64,000 bases of DNA from a candidate division FCPU426 bacterium (GTDB lineage Bacteria; Oederibacteriota; Muellerivitia; Muellerivitales; Muellerivitaceae): contig CAVYSE010000028.1 of assembly GCA_963771075.1 (NCBI GenBank), positions 320,001 to 384,000 on the forward strand, in the 5' to 3' direction. The notes below the pieces were generated by a model. The model saw only the letters and a list, made by a program, of their open reading frames with translations, did not search any database and was not told the DNA's origin. The stretch's first letter is position 1. Each line of letters starts with the position of its first letter. Positions 28,859-38,165 of the stretch are shown here, piece after piece. Made by a program: the position numbers and the translations under genes.

Positions 28859-31800
28859 GTTAGCTCCTCCAACTTGAAATAATCTCCAACTCTCATATCT
28901 TCACGTTTCCGCTCGCCACGCTTTTCAGAACCAGGTCCGCAGAGCAACCTGAAATCGCATCTCTCGCAAGCCTTGGCTGCCGCAGGGAAGAGACCCCGTT
29001 CCACAGCTTGGGATGCGTTCATTAATAGAGCTTTCAAAGGTTCTTCAACTTTATCCCAATCGGTGGCGTCGAAGGGGGTGGAGCTGTATCCGCCCTTGGC
29101 CGTGATGAACTCATAGACCGCCTGTTCGGGGGTTAGATTTGGATAGAGCGTGCGACAGGCCCAGAGGTAGAGGGGCATCTGAATTTTGGTGCCTTCCTTT
29201 ACGCTGTTCTTCTTGAAGCCGATGTTGCTTCCCGATTTGTAATCCACGACCCTTAAGTGTTTCCCATCCGCTTTGACATCCACCCGGTCCATGAAGCCTT
29301 CCAGCCGGAAGGTCCCGGCGGGGGTGGTAAAGGCCACCTCGGCCTGGCCTGAGCGGCCAAAGGCCTTCTCAAAATCCACCGGCGTCCAATCGGGGTCTTC
29401 CAAGACCTCCCGTAAGACCCTTTCCAGGTCATGGGTCAAAATGAACTGGCTCCATTGCCACAACGCTAGCGAACCGGGTACGCCTTCCTTCTCGAATCGC
29501 CTGAAGATGCGCTGGGTTTCCTCGCTCAGGGCCAGTCGGGCCTTCTTCTGGTCTCGTTCTTTCAGCCAGCCTTCCTTCACGCCCCGGGAAAGCACTTCTT
29601 CCAAAACCTCGTGCATAAGGTTTCCCTTTTCCGCAGGGTCCAACTGAAAGACCCGCTCGGGTTCTGGGTGAATCTTCAACCCCAGCACATAACGGTAGAA
29701 ATAACGCAGGGGGCAGGCGGCGTAGGTTTCCAGGCGTGAGGCCGAGAGGGTCTTTTGTTTCAGGGAATGTTCCTGGCTGAGCCTTTCGATGGTCTTGGCG
29801 TCCTCGAAGACCCCGTCATAGGGGGTGAAGCGGCGTTTGCCCTGTCGTTCCTGGAGCATTTCCCGGGCTTCCTGGTAGAAGGGCTTCCCTTCCAGATAGG
29901 CCTGGGCGGGCAGGGGGTTGCCCTGTCGGGCTTCCTGGAACCGGGTGAGCACCTCTTCCAGGTCGTCGACCCGGGTGGCTCCTTCGCCCCTGATCCAATC
30001 CGAGACCGAGACCTTCTTGATATAGGGGGAATCCGCGCCCCATTCGGTCTGCCGCTTACCCGTTACAGCCCGCAGGGTTTCGTGCAGGTAGCTGGAAGGA
30101 ACCCTTGGGGCACCGGTGCCGGGATGCAGGTGAGAGGCGGTGAGGATGAGGCATTTCTGGGCGCTTCGGGCCATGAGAAGAAAGAGAAGCTTTTCTTCAA
30201 GGCGGCCTTCCGCCTTCTCGGGGATATGGGCCTTACCCTCGAGAAGACCATTGAGAATTCGTCTTTCCTCATCCAAGAGCAGTGGGTCTTGCCGGGGCAC
30301 CCGGGGAAAACCCTGTTCGACCAAGCCAGGCAGTACGATGACGTCGAATGGAACTCCCCGGGCCTGCATGAGTTCCGAAACCTCGACCCCGCCAAACTTG
30401 GGTGTTTCCCAGGGAATCGATACCTCATCCATGAGCCCAGTAAGCAGGGCGGCCAACTCATCTTTCTCGACCGTGAAAGAATCTTTGGTAAGAATCTCCA
30501 CACCCCACCTCAGGGTCTTCAATTGTTCCTTCGCCTCGGAAGGCCGGAAGATCTTTTCGACCAGGTCGAAGAGCACCCGGGTCTTGCCCACCCAGTTTTT
30601 TTCTTTCTCGAAAAGATGCCGATTGTTGATGAGAATCTGTAAAACCTTTTTCCGAAAGCCTGTTAGCGAATCTCTTTCTTCTTTCGAGAAACTTTCCTCT
30701 TCACGCCTTTCGGGGTCGGAACCTTCATGCAGGTGATCCTGCATGCGGTCCAGCCAAGCGCCCTCGCCTTCCACGATGCCCGCTTCCTTGGAAGCCTGAT
30801 CCCACAAATGAGGATTCCAGTCGGCGCCCTTGAGGCCGAACCCTTCCGGGTTGAGGTTGGGGCTGGAAAGGAAATTCATGAGGGTCTCGCGGGGGAATTC
30901 GTTCTGGAAACACTCAAGCAGAAGCAGGAAGGCCTTGGCCTCCGGGGTTTCCAAGAGGAAGACCGGGGGCTTTTTGGCGATGGGTATTCCTTGGCCGTCG
31001 AAGGCCGGGACGATTTCCCGTCGGTAGGCGTCGAATTGGCGAAGGATCAACCCGCATTGGGTGAAGGTGGTTTTTCTTCGCTCTGCTTCCTCAGTAATGG
31101 AACGCACGACTTCCCGCATTTCCCTAGGCTCACCAGGGCACAAGAGAACCTTCAAATCGGAGTCCTCAAACCTCATCGAACCATCACCCTCATCCCGGCC
31201 TTCTCCCCTCAAGGGAGAAGGAGAACCAGCCACCCTCGCCCCTTGAGGGAGAGGGTCAGGGTGAGGGGTGCCTTGAGATTGTTCCGTTATAAATAAATCG
31301 TTTTGCAATCTGCCAAGCGGTGTCGCCTTTAAGCTTTCATACTTACCAACTCCTTTAACCGTTCCATTTTCTTTCACCCATTCCACGAAAGGTTTGGCGT
31401 ATTCAAAAGCCGGATGATCCTCATAGGGGATGAACCAATAATTTTCCATTTTATTGTCATTGCGAGGAGCCGCCCCAATCGGGGCGTTTGGCGACGTGGC
31501 AATCTCAGTTTTTGCTGTTAAATGAAGTAATACTTTTTTTTGTAGTGCCGGCGCGTCGTAAAAACCGTAGGTCCAGAGCGGGGTTTCGGGCGGCGGCAGG
31601 GTCAGGACGTCGACATAGAGGTCTTCGCGGTCTTTCCATTTCTCCCTATTCTTCCAGGCTTCATAGGCGGCAAGAACCCGGGAGAATTCGTCCCATTTTT
31701 CCGAAAGTCGCTTACGGGTTTTGTCCTTCCCGATCTTGCGGGAGGATCCTTTTAGGTCCGCCGGGTCGATGCTGGCCTGCCGAAGCTCGGATAGGGTGGC

Positions 31801-32169
31801 CTGGAGGGTCTTGTGGAAACCGGGGGTATCCTCCACTGCCTTGAAGGATCGCAAGGCGGGTTTGAGGCCCCGGGCCGTCTCCCGCAAAACCCAGGGCACC
31901 AGGGATTCGGGCAGCATCCGAAAACCCTCCTGAATCCATTTTCCCTCGGTGGCTTCCAGCAAGTATTGGTGGAAAGTCAGGAACCGGATGTTGAAAACTT
32001 GGCCATGCGCGCGGGCCAGGACCTCCCGTAGGTGCCGCACCAACAGGCGGTTGGGGACGAGGACCACCAACGGGGTCAGGGGGTCTTTTAGCCTGAGTTC
32101 CTTCACTTCATCAAACAGCGACTGTTCAAGGAAGGGCTGATAAGGGCCTAAATAAATTGAAAAACCCAA
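28855..32169 (-). CDS. addB: AddB-like PD-(D/E)XK nuclease subunit with Fe-S cysteines
   Basis: SASRLETYAACPLRY, GFMDRVD, VVDYKSG, QMPLY, CERCDFRLLC; probable TTG start at 32169 after GGAG (ORF open to 32238). Confidence 0.85.
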   Translation of the reverse strand: MGFSIYLGPYQPFLEQSLFDEVKELRLKDPLTPLVVLVPNRLLVRHLREVLARAHGQVFNIRFLTFHQYLLEATEGKWIQEGFRMLPESLVPWVLRETARGLKPALRSFKAVEDTPGFHKTLQATLSELRQASIDPADLKGSSRKIGKDKTRKRLSEKWDEFSRVLAAYEAWKNREKWKDREDLYVDVLTLPPPETPLWTYGFYDAPALQKKVLLHLTAKTEIATSPNAPIGAAPRNDNKMENYWFIPYEDHPAFEYAKPFVEWVKENGTVKGVGKYESLKATPLGRLQNDLFITEQSQGTPHPDPLPQGARVAGSPSPLRGEGRDEGDGSMRFEDSDLKVLLCPGEPREMREVVRSITEEAERRKTTFTQCGLILRQFDAYRREIVPAFDGQGIPIAKKPPVFLLETPEAKAFLLLLECFQNEFPRETLMNFLSSPNLNPEGFGLKGADWNPHLWDQASKEAGIVEGEGAWLDRMQDHLHEGSDPERREEESFSKEERDSLTGFRKKVLQILINNRHLFEKEKNWVGKTRVLFDLVEKIFRPSEAKEQLKTLRWGVEILTKDSFTVEKDELAALLTGLMDEVSIPWETPKFGGVEVSELMQARGVPFDVIVLPGLVEQGFPRVPRQDPLLLDEERRILNGLLEGKAHIPEKAEGRLEEKLLFLLMARSAQKCLILTASHLHPGTGAPRVPSSYLHETLRAVTGKRQTEWGADSPYIKKVSVSDWIRGEGATRVDDLEEVLTRFQEARQGNPLPAQAYLEGKPFYQEAREMLQERQGKRRFTPYDGVFEDAKTIERLSQEHSLKQKTLSASRLETYAACPLRYFYRYVLGLKIHPEPERVFQLDPAEKGNLMHEVLEEVLSRGVKEGWLKERDQKKARLALSEETQRIFRRFEKEGVPGSLALWQWSQFILTHDLERVLREVLEDPDWTPVDFEKAFGRSGQAEVAFTTPAGTFRLEGFMDRVDVKADGKHLRVVDYKSGSNIGFKKNSVKEGTKIQMPLYLWACRTLYPNLTPEQAVYEFITAKGGYSSTPFDATDWDKVEEPLKALLMNASQAVERGLFPAAAKACERCDFRLLCGPGSEKRGERKREDMRVGDYFKLEELT
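31187..31268. repeat. REP-like palindrome doublet inserted in frame in addB
   Basis: CCCTCATCCCGG-CCTTCTCCC-CTCAA-GGGAGAAGG and CCCTCGCCC-CTTGA-GGGAGAGGG-TCAGGGTGAGGGG; same family as 26843-26935. Confidence 0.8.
31455..31506. repeat. second palindromic element inserted in frame in addB
   Basis: TGTCATTGCGAGGAGC-CGCCCC-AATC-GGGGCG-TTTGGCGACGTGGCAATCTC; translates as EIATSPNAPIGAAPRND. Confidence 0.7.
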
Positions 32170-32214
32170 GGGAAGGCTCCATGGAAAGGGGGGAGGGTGC
32201 TTTTCTTTCGGGGC

Positions 32215-32226
32215 ATTATATATAAT
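32215..32226. promoter_or_regulatory. candidate bidirectional -10 element between addB and ispH
   Basis: Palindrome ATTATATATAAT gives TATAAT on both strands between the divergent genes. Confidence 0.45.
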
Positions 32227-32281
32227 CGCTTTTCCCAAAACCCTAAAGGTCGCGGGTCCGATTCAACCCAGGGGAGCTTGC

Positions 32282-33124
32282 ATGTCTCGTGAAATCCTAG
32301 TCGCCACCGCCGCTGGCTTCTGCTTCGGCGTGAAACGCGCCATCCAGAAGGCTGAAACCATGGAGAAAGCCTTCATTTTCGGCTCCCTCATCCACAACCC
32401 CCAGGAAGTCGACCGCCTGGCCTCCCTCAACAAGAAGATCGTGCACACGCTGGAAGAGGTCGAGGACAACAAGGTGGTCATCACCGCGCATGGCTTGGAC
32501 GTGAATGTCCTGGACCACATCAAGGAAAAGGGGCTTGAGATCATCGACACCACATGCCCCCTGGTGACCAGGATTTACAACGAGGGAACGAAACTTCAGG
32601 ATCAGGGGCTCCAGATCGTCATCATTGGCGACCCCAAACACGTAGAAGTCAAAGGCATCGCCAGCCGCATGAAAAACCCGATTATCATTTATAACGAGGA
32701 GGATATTTCCCAGGTCCCACAGGGTTCCCGCATCGGCGTGGTTTGCCAAAGCACCCTATTGCTGGAAAAATTCGACCGCTTCGTGGGGCTTCTAAGGGGC
32801 CGTTGCTCCGAGGTGATTCCCGTCAATACCATCTGCAAGCCCACCAAGGACCGCCAGAACGCGGCGGCGACCCTATCCAAACAGGTTGATTTGATGGTGG
32901 TCATCGGGGGCCGTAATTCGTCCAACACCCACAAGCTGGCCGATACCTGCCAGGAATTCCTTCCCAATTCGACTTACCATATCGAGACCGCCCAGGAATT
33001 GGACTCCCAGTGGTTCGCGGGCAAGAACAAGATCGGCATCACTGCCGGCGCTTCCACCCCCGATTACCTGATCGAGGAAGTCATCGCAAAGATCCGCACC
33101 TACGACGAGCTGGTTCCCGCCTAA
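32282..33124 (+). CDS. ispH: 4-hydroxy-3-methylbut-2-enyl diphosphate reductase
   Basis: AGFCFGV, IHN, AHG, DTTCP.V, H.EV, NTIC, SSNT and GITAGASTP motifs. Confidence 0.97.
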   Translation: MSREILVATAAGFCFGVKRAIQKAETMEKAFIFGSLIHNPQEVDRLASLNKKIVHTLEEVEDNKVVITAHGLDVNVLDHIKEKGLEIIDTTCPLVTRIYNEGTKLQDQGLQIVIIGDPKHVEVKGIASRMKNPIIIYNEEDISQVPQGSRIGVVCQSTLLLEKFDRFVGLLRGRCSEVIPVNTICKPTKDRQNAAATLSKQVDLMVVIGGRNSSNTHKLADTCQEFLPNSTYHIETAQELDSQWFAGKNKIGITAGASTPDYLIEEVIAKIRTYDELVPA

Positions 33125-33139
33125 TTTTCCAAGGGCCTT

Positions 33140-34159
33140 CTAATTTCTGGAATGGACCGCTTTCAGCCACCGCTCCAAAGTCTTCATATTGCCTAGGGTA
33201 TCTTCCCAGGACATGCGGGGGGATTCCTTCAAACCCAGTTGTAAGCACCGCCCCACCTCATCCGCTTCCAGGCCATAAAGGTTCTGTTTCTCGGTGATCT
33301 TGAAGACTTTTGGTTTTTTCTCATAAATTTGGACCTCGATTGTCGAGATCCCTTTGCTCCACCGTCCCGGATGCCAAGGGGTCGGGGCATGGATCTTTCC
33401 CTTTGAACCCCAAATAGTTACCCCAACGCCTTTTGACAAACGGGTTCCACAGCAAAGCTGGCCAAGGACCCCGTTCGGAAATTGAAGCGACGCCACGGCC
33501 ATTTCATCCACCCCGGTTAATGGGGAGAGAAGGCCGGTTCCCATAACAACGGTGGGGTTCAAGAAGGGTTTTCCGGACGCCGCACCCGCCAAAAGCCGGG
33601 CCATAGAGGCTGGGTAGCACCCAATATCGAGGATTCCGCCTCCGCCCAGTTTCTTGTTCCAAAGCCGGTGTTTCACATTCACGGGCCGGTCAAAACTGAA
33701 AACGGACTCGATCAACTTCACCTCGCCCACCGCCTTTTGGCGGATCAACTGAACCAGGCGCGCGGTCTGGGGATGGCACCGGTACATGAAAGCTTCCATC
33801 AAAAAAACCCGGTGTTTCCGGGTGGCTTCCAGAACCTTGGCCGTATCCTTTAACGTCATGGTCAGGGGTTTTTCGCAAAGGATCGCTTTTCCGGCCTTCG
33901 CGGCATTGATCGCCCACTCAGCGTGGAAAGGATGAGGCGGGGCAATATAAACCGCGTCCACTTCGCTGTCTTGCAATAGCTCGGCATAGGAACCGTAGTA
34001 GTAAGGAATTTGATACTGGCTGGCGAATTCTAAAGCGGGTTTTTCCTGCCGGCTGGCCACTGCGGTCAAGACACCGGTTTTAGAAACCTTTACGGCTTCC
34101 GCGAAGGCGTGGGCAATGCCGCCGGTGGAGAGAATGCCCCAGTGAATTTTTCGGGTCAT
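33140..34159 (-). CDS. Gfo/Idh/MocA family oxidoreductase
   Basis: WGILSTGGIA, CEKP, EAFMYR.HP, GGGGILDIGCY. Confidence 0.92.
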   Translation of the reverse strand: MTRKIHWGILSTGGIAHAFAEAVKVSKTGVLTAVASRQEKPALEFASQYQIPYYYGSYAELLQDSEVDAVYIAPPHPFHAEWAINAAKAGKAILCEKPLTMTLKDTAKVLEATRKHRVFLMEAFMYRCHPQTARLVQLIRQKAVGEVKLIESVFSFDRPVNVKHRLWNKKLGGGGILDIGCYPASMARLLAGAASGKPFLNPTVVMGTGLLSPLTGVDEMAVASLQFPNGVLGQLCCGTRLSKGVGVTIWGSKGKIHAPTPWHPGRWSKGISTIEVQIYEKKPKVFKITEKQNLYGLEADEVGRCLQLGLKESPRMSWEDTLGNMKTLERWLKAVHSRN

Positions 34160-34217
34160 GACATTCCCTTCTTGAGGAATAGCTTTTAGCCGTTAGCTAA
34201 TAACCAACCACTAACAG

Positions 34218-34445
34218 CTAATGGCTTTCTAATGTTTCTTTCATCATCTTCGCCAGGGTGTCGCAGCAGCAGTCAAACCCCATGTTCTGCTTTCCCGGGC
34301 CAGCTCCCTCATTCATCTTAAGTTTAGGGCTTTTTCCATGGACGGGGCAAACCAGGGTTGCCGCCTTGGCTTCCAAGGCTTTTAAGGCCGCTTCCAAGGC
34401 GCTCTTTTGGATTTCCTCTTTAAACTCTCCACTCATCTTTGACAC
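34218..34445 (-). CDS. small Cys-rich hypothetical protein
   Basis: 75 aa with CPVH and CCC motifs; GAGG upstream. Confidence 0.6.
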   Translation of the reverse strand: MSKMSGEFKEEIQKSALEAALKALEAKAATLVCPVHGKSPKLKMNEGAGPGKQNMGFDCCCDTLAKMMKETLESH

Positions 34446-34532
34446 CTCATCAAAAACTTACTTATTAATGGTTTATTCAAAAAAAAGTATTTCTTCGCGC
34501 CCTTCGCGGTAAAAATTTTGTTGCTATAAAAC

Positions 34533-34564
34533 AAAAAAGCCCGTCCCCCTAGAGGGACGGGCTT
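34533..34564 (-). terminator. intrinsic terminator after the LysM gene
   Basis: AAGCCCGTCCC-CCTAGA-GGGACGGGCTT stem followed by a U-tract on the minus strand. Confidence 0.8.
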
Positions 34565-34579
34565 GATTGTCAGCGGCCA

Positions 34580-34993
34580 TCAGAAATAATCGATCGGCAG
34601 GGTGTTGCGCGGCGAAGAATGTGGCGCGAACTTCGGCGTCTTGGAGGCCAAGGACCGGGCGTTCGAAAGGTCATCGCTCGAGGCATCCATGCGGATCTTC
34701 AGGTCTTGTTTGGGATAGATCAAATCCGGGTCCTGGATCAAGTCGCGGTTGGTCTTGAAGATCAAGGGCCAGGCGAAGCTGTCGGCGTAGGTGCTTTTCT
34801 TGCCAGCGATTCCCCAAAGGGTGTCGCGATGCTTCACCATGTAATCGCTCAGCTTCATGGGGGTCGGAACGGCGGTTGGCGCGGCTTCCGCGACCGGCTT
34901 GGCGGTCTCAACCGTTTTAGTGCTGCTACAACCAATGGCCAAACCCGCTACGGCGACCATGGAAAGAATCAGATTTAATTTTGCGCTACCCAT
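34580..34993 (-). CDS. LysM-domain lipoprotein
   Basis: Lipobox AIGC; YMVKHRDTLWGIA...WPLIFKTNRDLIQDPDLIYPKQ; AGGAG RBS. Confidence 0.88.
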   Translation of the reverse strand: MGSAKLNLILSMVAVAGLAIGCSSTKTVETAKPVAEAAPTAVPTPMKLSDYMVKHRDTLWGIAGKKSTYADSFAWPLIFKTNRDLIQDPDLIYPKQDLKIRMDASSDDLSNARSLASKTPKFAPHSSPRNTLPIDYF

Positions 34994-35214
34994 AGGTGTC
35001 TCCTTGATGGCTTAAAAAAGCGTTGTGCCTTTATTTTGCAGCTAAATATTAGACGAATCAAGGCTCTTTTCCAGCCTCAAATGGATGAAAAGCCGTTTTT
35101 TATCCCCGGGAGGTCTTAAATCGTTAAAAACGCCTTCTGTGGGTGCCCGGTTATCCACAACCCATCGAGAAACAAACAATTAACAAGGTGATGAAAAGTG
35201 TCCTTATTCACCCC

Positions 35215-36267
35215 TTAACAAATTCTTGGAAGTTGTTCCCCACTCAACAGGTCCAAAATGCGGGTAGCTCCCGTTACGCTTTTGAGCCGAACCGATTTAC
35301 CTGCCCCTTCCAACACATGGCCTATCACCCTGGATTGGGAACTGACCTGGTATTTAGCCAGTATTTCCAAGGCTTTTGTGGCCTCTTTTTCAGGCAGGAT
35401 CAGGGCAAAACGTCCCTCATTAGCGACATACAAAGGATCTAGACCCAACAACTCGCAGGCCGCGTTGACGGGTTTAGTAATGGGAATGAGGGCCTCGTCC
35501 AATAGGATCGGATGGGGCCCCGCCTGAGCGATCTCGTTCACCGCCGAAGCCAGCCCCCCCCGGGTCAAATCCCGCAGGCAGTGAACGTCCAACCCCGCTT
35601 TTAAAAGAGCCAAGACCGGCTCATGCAAAAAGGCGCAGTCGCTTTCCAATGTGGTTTCGAATTCCAATCCCTCCCGGGCGGCCATGATGGCGATTCCGTG
35701 GCGGCCCAGGTCCCCGCTGAGGATCACCGCGTCACCAGCCTTTACACCCGCCGGGGATATTTCCCATTTTCCTTCCACCACCCCAACGCCCGAGGTATTG
35801 ATGAAAACCCCGTCTCCTTTTCCCTTATCCACCACCTTGGTATCGCCAGTCACGATATAAACCCCGGCTTCATCGGCAGATTTGCGCATGGACTGGGCGA
35901 TTTTCCATAACTGGTCCAGGGGGAATCCCTCTTCCAAGATGAATCCAGCAGTCAGGTAAAGGGGCTTGGCACCCGCCATCGCCAAATCGTTAACCGTTCC
36001 CGTCACGGCCAACTTGCCGATGTCGCCACCAGGGAAAAAGATAGGTTTTACCACGTAGGAATCGGTGGTCATGGCGATACGGGTGCCAGGCAGGTCCATT
36101 ACCGAGGCGTCGTGGCGCTTTAAAAGGGGCGCGTTCCCGAAAGCGGGCAGGAAGATTTTTTCAATCAGTTGCTGGGTCAGCGTTCCCCCGCCGCCATGGG
36201 CCAGGAGAATCCGGTCGTAATCGTTGAAGGGGATGGGACAATCGAGCGCGAAACCGCTATCGGACAT
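35215..36267 (-). CDS. hypE: hydrogenase maturation carbamoyl dehydratase HypE
   Basis: [36 protein letters not shown] and C-terminal GEQLPRIC. Confidence 0.96.
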   Translation of the reverse strand: MSDSGFALDCPIPFNDYDRILLAHGGGGTLTQQLIEKIFLPAFGNAPLLKRHDASVMDLPGTRIAMTTDSYVVKPIFFPGGDIGKLAVTGTVNDLAMAGAKPLYLTAGFILEEGFPLDQLWKIAQSMRKSADEAGVYIVTGDTKVVDKGKGDGVFINTSGVGVVEGKWEISPAGVKAGDAVILSGDLGRHGIAIMAAREGLEFETTLESDCAFLHEPVLALLKAGLDVHCLRDLTRGGLASAVNEIAQAGPHPILLDEALIPITKPVNAACELLGLDPLYVANEGRFALILPEKEATKALEILAKYQVSSQSRVIGHVLEGAGKSVRLKSVTGATRILDLLSGEQLPRIC

Positions 36268-36322
36268 TTTCAAAATTCCTTTAGAGGATGGTTTTCCATT
36301 CTGTTAAATTTTTACGAAAAAA

Positions 36323-36547
36323 TTAAAGAAGTTGAATGAATTCTTCGACGGATAACCCGGCGTCATTAATGATCCGGCGGAGGGTTCCTAATTTAACATC
36401 GCCAGGATGGCTCGGAACAGTCACGGGATTTGGATGGCCTTCTTTGTAAAGAATAGCGTGGCTTCCGGTATGGTGATCCAGGTGAAAACCAACCCTGCGA
36501 AGGGCGGAAAGAACTTCCCGAGCTTTACAAACAGGAACTTTCGGCAA
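36323..36547 (-). CDS. hicA: HicA-family toxin
   Basis: GF....GSH....VTVP.H..GTLRRII..AG pattern. Confidence 0.88.
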   Translation of the reverse strand: MPKVPVCKAREVLSALRRVGFHLDHHTGSHAILYKEGHPNPVTVPSHPGDVKLGTLRRIINDAGLSVEEFIQLL

Positions 36548-36550
36548 GGT

Positions 36551-36763
36551 TTAAACAGTCAGGGCGACGGATTTGGAATGTTTCTTTCGGGCTATCGAAA
36601 GGGAGTGTTTGTTTGCGACGATTAAATAACCTTCAAGCGCATCCAAGAGGGATCTTTTGGCTTCCTGCAGAGTCTCTCCCTCGGAGATGCAACCCGGGAA
36701 AGCGGGGATATAAGCGGTGTAACCGCCCTCTTTTTGTGGTTCAAAAATCGCGTTGATTTTCAT
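36551..36763 (-). CDS. hicB: HicB-family antitoxin
   Basis: GGY.AYIPAFPGCISEGETLQEA; adjacent to hicA. Confidence 0.88.
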   Translation of the reverse strand: MKINAIFEPQKEGGYTAYIPAFPGCISEGETLQEAKRSLLDALEGYLIVANKHSLSIARKKHSKSVALTV

Positions 36764-36852
36764 GGATTAAGATTAACAAATATTAACAATTCATTCCAGG
36801 GGGACCCGAGCGGATTTCTTTTTAAAATCGAACAGTTAGTTATTGTTTCCAC

Positions 36853-36937
36853 GCCACCGTGGGCCTGGAGCACGCGGTCGTAATCGTTGAAGGGGATGGG
36901 GCATCCGAGCGCGAAACCACTATCTGACATTTTCAAA
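36853..36937 (-). pseudogene. diverged duplicate of the hypE 5' end
   Basis: [26 protein letters not shown] versus Hyp[27 protein letters not shown]; 11 mismatches in 85 bp by hand alignment to 36190-36274. Confidence 0.9.
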
Positions 36938-36979
36938 TGCCCCTTTCAGAACAAAGTCTATAAAACACAAACAATTAAT

Positions 36980-37957
36980 TTATTCTTCAACTCTCTCGAA
37001 TAAATAGAATTCATCACCACCATACTCCAGAATCATCTTTTGTTTTTCCATATCCACTACGATTTCTTTCAAATTACCTCTAAAATCATTATTCTTATTA
37101 ATTGGTTCTGTTTTATATACGAATATTTTGTCACTGAAATTGAAATCCCCTGATCTCAATCCCCCGCCACCTGAACCCCAAGCAGTTGAATCCCAGAAAT
37201 AAAAATTTTCACTTTTTATTAGTTTTGGACTATCTGAAATGCGAAATGTGAGTTTTCCATCAGTAAGATTGAGAGACATCATATTAGAACTGACATAAGC
37301 AGTCCTAAGTATATTAGCTTTTGCAACATCATCTGCATCGTTCTGGGTTACTCCGTTTAGGACATAATCGGTCATCCGCCAAATGCCATCCAAATTGCTA
37401 TATGAATGTAAAGTTACATTTTTGTGATGTCGGCGTGTTATATAGCTCGTACAATTTCTTAATAAACTGTTTTCGGAATTTGTGGGATAAATTGCACCCA
37501 CTTCAAAATGAAGCGCTCCATATCCAATGACATATCCTAAATAATTTGAATAAATTTTATTCCGGTCTTGATCAAGAATTGCATCTTTAAAATCTTGATT
37601 GAAAAATTCCTCCTTATGTTCAAGAAGACCTTTTGCATTGGAAAATATTTGAGTCTTAAACTCCCAATTTTCTTTCTCATCATTTATTTGATCATTTAAA
37701 CAAACGGGATAATCAATTTGGTTGGCAAGCCACACATAATCGTTATTTATGACCGCTTGTTTGATACGGTCAAAATATTCTTTAGCTTTTATATCTTCCG
37801 GTGAATCTACTATTTGGGACTCATAAATGTTTACTGATACCCCCCTACTTATTTGTGGAGCGGAAATGCTTTTGATTTCATCACCTAAACAAAAACTGTA
37901 ATTAAAAATAAAAGACAAAAATGATAAAAACATGAGTTTGATTATTGAAATTCTCAT
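36980..37957 (-). CDS. AT-rich hypothetical exported protein
   Basis: Signal-like N-terminus MRISIIKLMFLSFLSFIF; very low GC; no recognised motif. Confidence 0.65.
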   Translation of the reverse strand: MRISIIKLMFLSFLSFIFNYSFCLGDEIKSISAPQISRGVSVNIYESQIVDSPEDIKAKEYFDRIKQAVINNDYVWLANQIDYPVCLNDQINDEKENWEFKTQIFSNAKGLLEHKEEFFNQDFKDAILDQDRNKIYSNYLGYVIGYGALHFEVGAIYPTNSENSLLRNCTSYITRRHHKNVTLHSYSNLDGIWRMTDYVLNGVTQNDADDVAKANILRTAYVSSNMMSLNLTDGKLTFRISDSPKLIKSENFYFWDSTAWGSGGGGLRSGDFNFSDKIFVYKTEPINKNNDFRGNLKEIVVDMEKQKMILEYGGDEFYLFERVEE

Positions 37958-38087
37958 TTTTATCTCGCGATTTCTAACCCCTAGAGATATTTCATTCATC
38001 CAAGTCTACAAACTTTAAGCTCTCCCACCCAAATCCATTATGACAAAGCATCTAGAGACATTTGTTTGACATTTATGGGCTCTTTTG

Positions 38088-38103
38088 TGTGATGGAAGTC
38101 ATA
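38088..38103. promoter_or_regulatory. candidate operator TGTGA-N6-TCATA upstream of the ech operon
   Basis: TGTGA TGGAAG TCATA begins 16 nt after TTGACA (38066-38071), overlapping the expected -10. Confidence 0.5.
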
Positions 38104-38165
38104 ATAAAAATAAACAAGGGGGCATAGAGTAACTATACAAAATCGTTGAAAAAGCGAGGAAAACC

